Below the pieces are notes generated by a model, which ran no database searches, was not told where the DNA came from, and saw only the letters and a program-made list of their open reading frames with translations. Shown one piece after another: positions 59,972 to 64,000 of a stretch of DNA of 64,000 nt. The first letter of the stretch is position 1; each line of letters starts with the position of its first letter. The position numbers and the translations under genes are program-made. This stretch comes from Dendronephthya gigantea (taxonomy: Eukaryota), in assembly GCF_004324835.1 (NCBI RefSeq), contig NW_021163311.1:74208-138207 (forward strand), in the 5' to 3' direction.

Positions 59972-60326
59972 CTTCAGATTCATCAGAGAACCAATGATGA
60001 TCATCAATGTCTCTATTTTCTGTTCTTTCATGACCAAAATCGTTTTCGTTACTTTCACTTGGTTCTTGAGAGGCTTGAGAGCTCCCTGATTCAGATGTGT
60101 TATCTAAAGGAGGTAGAAGTACTTTCTGAGTGGGATAAAAGTTTGAACAATTGCAACTTACTGCGTTGATATTAAGCAACGGAGTTTCTTCGATGTCATC
60201 AAAATCAGGAGTAACCGCATCCACAGCGCTCGTATTTTCTGTCAATACACGATCCACATCAAAATCCCAAATTAAAAGCATTCTCTCCGCTTTACAATGA
60301 ATAAATTCATCAGGGATAGTACCAAA
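59972..60326 (-). CDS. HIRAN-domain gene, exon 2 (FGTIPDEFIHCKAERMLLIWDFDVDRV...acidic/Ser-rich...WFSDESE)
   Basis: Acceptor ttttttag and donor GAAG|gtatag. Phase 0 to 1, consistent with exons 1 and 3. Confidence 0.5.
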
Positions 60327-60426
60327 CTAAAAAATAGTTTCAGTTAAATTTTAATACACAAATCAAGCCTTAAAAGTTAATAAAAAATATTAAAAAATAA
60401 GGTGTTGACAAGTACTTTATACTAAC

Positions 60427-60726
60427 CTCAAATGTAGTACTTGCTTTAACGTTGATGACACAAGGAGATTTAAGGCCATTCAACTTCGAAAGCAGTGCTT
60501 CGGTGTTTGGTATAATACAAAGTCTTCTTTCAGACGGAGTATTATGAAAGGCGAAATGGCAGCAAAGCCCATGCAGCTTAAAAAACGGTAAACTCGGTAC
60601 AGTAAAAGATAAGTCGTAATGCGGATCGCAACAATACATATACATCATAGTATTTTGCACTATCGCAGCTTGAAAATCCTGTCTTTCGAAAGCATCCATT
60701 TTTCCTATACTCGCAGAGCTCTTCAC
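60427..60726 (-). CDS. HIRAN-domain gene, exon 1 (MKSSASIGKMDAFERQDFQAAIVQNTMMYMYCCDPHYDL...ASTTFE)
   Basis: Met-initiated exon, donor GAG|gttagt, phase 0. Confidence 0.5.
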
Positions 60727-61807
60727 ATCACGACAGTCAAAACGTCAAATGGAGCGTTCGCATAATTGAGCGCTCAATATCCATCATGCTTTGCGGCCTG
60801 CTGTCCAACCTCCTCTGCAGAGAAATGGGAATATTTCATAGCCCGGACACATGTTTAACTATTTAGCAAACCTTGTTATTCAGTATGTACGAAATTGTTC
60901 CTCCATGGTCAACGATATTTCGACGGATTTCTTGCTTTCGTTTGTAAGCAAAGTGCTTGGAAGTAAAATCCACCGTGAACTGGCAATCCTTGAAGAATAA
61001 AACCATGCTTAATCGATGAAAAAACCCTCAGCGTTTTGCAAGAAATGCTGCAAATGTTGTTGTTACATTTACATTTCAAAACATTGCTAAATATTAAAAT
61101 TATGACGCAATTTGACAATTGACTCCGTCTTCTTCCTGTTCCTGTTTGGGGAAGAACCGGCGGCCACTACAAACGTCCGGGTATATTTTGAAATTTTTGA
61201 GAAAATTTGATAGAAAATTCATATTAGGCACGGGAAACTATTTCCTATTTCATTATATGAAAACGGTTCTAAAATCTAAGATATTGATACCTTATAACAA
61301 GAAAATTCGATCGTAATAATGTGTCTAGAAACTGTCAAATTGCTATAGTCCAGGCCAGAATCAGAAAATCGATTAAAGACCAACAAACACTGTATAAATA
61401 TTGTATAGTGTTATTTCCCACCACCAAAAGGTACATCTAGCCCTCTTACCGTATCTACAAACTTTAGTTGCATAAACTAGTAATTTTTCAATATATTTCC
61501 ACGTTTTTAAGCAATAGTTTATACTATGTAATGAACTATGTACTCTAGTCCATTGTCCTGGTGCCCTTTATGTTTCTTGCGGTTTAAAACAATACCTGAG
61601 TGAAGTAATCTTAAAATTCGTTTTTGCTTAAAGAAAAGGAGTAAACTTCAAAATGAAATGTTGTAGATCCTAATCTCATCTCTTTTAAGCAATCAATTCC
61701 CTTATACAAATATATACTACTTTACAGTCGGTAAGATAGAAATATATTTAGTGTTGTATTATGTAGCAGTGACCGAATGATTACGTCCTTTTTTTGAATG
61801 TGGTCGT

Positions 61808-61865
61808 TTAGTTTGACCCATCTTTTACTGTAAGACCTCTTCTGATTTTTCCCCAGCCAATTAAT
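61808..61865 (-). CDS. EIF2S3: eIF2-gamma last exon (RLIGWGKIRRGLTVKDGSN*)
   Basis: Acceptor cttttag. The first base completes AGA (R) with the previous exon's AG. The stop is at 61808-61810. Confidence 0.65.
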
Positions 61866-61989
61866 CTAAAAGTGAAGAAACAGGTAACGTAAATAAACTG
61901 ATAAATAAGCAAGTAAACAAAAACAAGTTATGGAAAACAAATAAACAAACAAACAGAGGAATACAAGAACAAATATTCTTCATTCAAAC

Positions 61990-62162
61990 CTCCAATGTTT
62001 TTCCACTCTTCGACTTAATGCAATCTTTTCACCAATTTCCGTACAGACAGGTTGTGTCAACACGATCTTTGCCAAATCAACTTTGACTGCGAGAACTCGA
62101 CCACCAGTTGATAGTGAACCAATGTTGACCATCAGAACTTCGTTTTTCGCTAGTTTTTGAAC
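61990..62162 (-). CDS. EIF2S3: eIF2-gamma penultimate exon (domain III: [57 protein letters not shown])
   Basis: Acceptor ctttatccag and donor GGAG|gtttgaatg. It has the highly conserved eIF2-gamma C-terminal motif [38 protein letters not shown]. Confidence 0.7.
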
Positions 62163-63420
62163 CTGGATAAAGATTATGGAGGAATCAATATTCATCCAAT
62201 GTCACCACAGGAGGAAATCTGATCAATCCAGAATAGCTTTACCAGTTCTAAACTGTTCTTCCTAGAGGTCCAGTAAGGATCATCTCTTATTGATCCAGAG
62301 TTACTACAGGAGAAAACCTAAACTAAACTAACTTTATTTATACTGGATAGTTCTATCAGTTCTAAACTGTTCTTCCTAGAGGTCTGTTACATGATACATA
62401 ATATCATGTAATTAGATCGTATAATAATATAGAGTCATATACTTAGCTAGTATAAATATATATACCTTTTAGTTAGTTAACCTTATTCTCGCAAGACTTA
62501 CATGCATGAGTAAGCAAAATAGGTATAAGCATGAGCAGGCAATAGCTATGTCCACGCCTAACCGCAAGTGCGTAGCTTGGTGTCAACCACAAAGCCATGG
62601 TAGCATGCGCTACAACGCTCTGAATTGCGTAGGGGAAATTACTTGTTGTTTTGCAGTTTCTCTTAGCAAGCGTATATAAGTCGATCCGAGCGCAAATAGA
62701 TATAAGCAAGCGATTACAGCCATTACAAGATGCCATAACTGACGATGCTAATTTAAGCTGACGGCTGACCAAATGAACATTATAACATAGATGGATGTAT
62801 GATGGATTTTCAACTATGGAGCTATTCACTGTTACTCTTACCAGATAAGTTAATGTTAGGAAATAGGATATTGTTAATGTGCTTTGTAAAGTTTAAGTTG
62901 TTTATTGCTCACTATAATTCACTAAATGTTTTAAAATGCTCAACACTGTTCTCATTTTTTGTTCGTTCTCACCGGCGAACGTAACAGGTCTAGTAAGGAT
63001 TATCTCTTATTGATCCAGTGTTACTACAGGAGGAAACCTAAACTAAACTAACTTTATTTATACTGGATAGTTCTATCAGTTCTAAACTGTTCTTCCTAGA
63101 GGTCCAGTAAGGATCATCTCTTATTGATCCAGTGTTACTACAGGAGGAAACCTAAACTAAACTAACTTTAATAATTTTCTTGTATGATTGCATGGCGACT
63201 TTAGTAATTATAATAACTTGTAGGTACACCACGTAAGTATTAAATACTGCAAAGCTTTCGGTCCGTTAACCCGGACCTTCATCAGTGCAATTACTTGAAT
63301 ACACGTTTGCGCGTCACTTAAATATCATGTTAGTCGTGATTAGTTTGCTCGCGCTATTAATTAAACGGTTTCATTTAATTAAGTTCTAACTAATGCGCGC
63401 GCCCTAGACAAGTATTTGAC

Positions 63421-63807
63421 TAAGAGACACCGAAAAGAGCACGCCACGTACTATTAAGTGGCTTTCCCTCTTGGACGATAGTTTGATGTTTATAAATTTC
63501 AATAGATTCTCTCATTTTACGAGAGACAGTAAACTTATCGTTTGCTAAAATGGTAGCATCGTTCCATTTAATGCGATGATCATAAGTCCATGCATGGTGA
63601 GCTACTGCAGACTTATCCAGTTTACCTTTCTCGCAGTTCGTCTTATGTTCTTTAAGACGTATTGAGAGATTTCTACCGGTCTCTCCAATGTAAACCAAAC
63701 CACATTCACATGGAATGCGGTACACACCAGGTTTCTGTTGTTCATCGACGCCATCCTTGTGTGTGTAAAGAGCGCGAAACAATTTGTTATTGCTAGAACA
63801 TAAGACG
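63421..63807 (-). mobile_element. 5'-truncated Penelope-like element fragment carrying the GIY-YIG endonuclease domain
   Basis: ORF 63420..63782 contains GVYRIPCECGLVYIGETGRNLSIRLKEH, a GIY-YIG core of the type that follows the RT in Penelope-like retroelements. It is the left arm of an inverted duplication. Confidence 0.6.
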
Positions 63808-64000
63808 AACTGCGAGAAAGGTAAACTGGATAAGTCTGCAGTAGCTCACCATGCATGGACTTATGATCATCGCATTAAATGGAACGATGCTACCATTTTA
63901 GCAAACGATAAGTTTACTGTCTCTCGTAAAATGAGAGAATCTATTGAAATTTATAAACATCAAACTATCGTCCAAGAGGGAAAGCCACTTAATAGTACGT
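63808..64000 (+). mobile_element. Inverted partial copy of the same GIY-YIG / Penelope-like fragment (head-to-head, runs off the window)
   Basis: 63808-64000 is the exact reverse complement of 63440-63658 (…cataagacgaactgcgagaaagg… against …cctttctcgcagttcgtcttatg…). Confidence 0.7.

Overview
This window is eukaryotic (metazoan, AT-rich) nuclear DNA, not a prokaryotic locus. I find no operons, CRISPR arrays or defence-island structure. Genes are split by canonical GT-AG introns, and the introns are packed with MITEs and a 118-bp satellite.

The dominant feature is one giant minus-strand gene that I read as a PARP4 (vault PARP) orthologue. It spans roughly 3.1 kb to at least 56.9 kb. Its exons encode, in the PARP4 order: a BRCT domain, the PARP helical domain, the ART catalytic domain, a VIT domain, a vWA domain, a long low-complexity region and a conserved C-terminal exon. 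The call rests on strong motif-level agreement with PARP4 as I remember the family, plus intron-phase consistency; no database search was run.

The roughly 26-kb intron between the last catalytic exon and the first VIT exon holds a same-strand tandem array of seven intronless genes, each about 535 codons. Each encodes a RING-HC finger, a TRAF-type zinc finger, a coiled coil and six Kelch blades, in about 3.4-kb units. Four copies are intact and three are frameshifted. Copies 2 and 6 share the same frameshift and flanks, so they are a recent segmental duplicate. Differences among copies cluster in the Kelch loops, while the RING, TRAF and coiled-coil regions are almost invariant. That is the pattern expected of a diversifying E3-ligase or innate-immune family, and it is the best candidate here for a new system.

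The PARP4 low-complexity tail is built from tandemly amplified phase-1/phase-1 exon-intron modules (5.2-11 kb) and a micro-exon array with a two-unit (~1.05-kb) higher-order period at 13.9-16.4 kb.

Other content:
- a three-exon gene encoding a HIRAN-domain protein (minus strand, 59.2-60.7 kb);
- the last two exons of eIF2-gamma (minus strand, 61.8-62.2 kb);
- a plus-strand open exon of unknown function (58.0-58.45 kb);
- a 5'-truncated Penelope-like GIY-YIG fragment in head-to-head inverted duplication at the window end;
- several MITE families, including a hAT-like one with 8-bp target-site duplications and a 42-bp-TIR family with at least eight copies;
- a tRNA-like foldback, minisatellites, an interstitial telomere-like repeat and CCAAT-box promoter clusters.

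All exon boundaries were set by hand from splice motifs and reading frames and may be off by a few bases.
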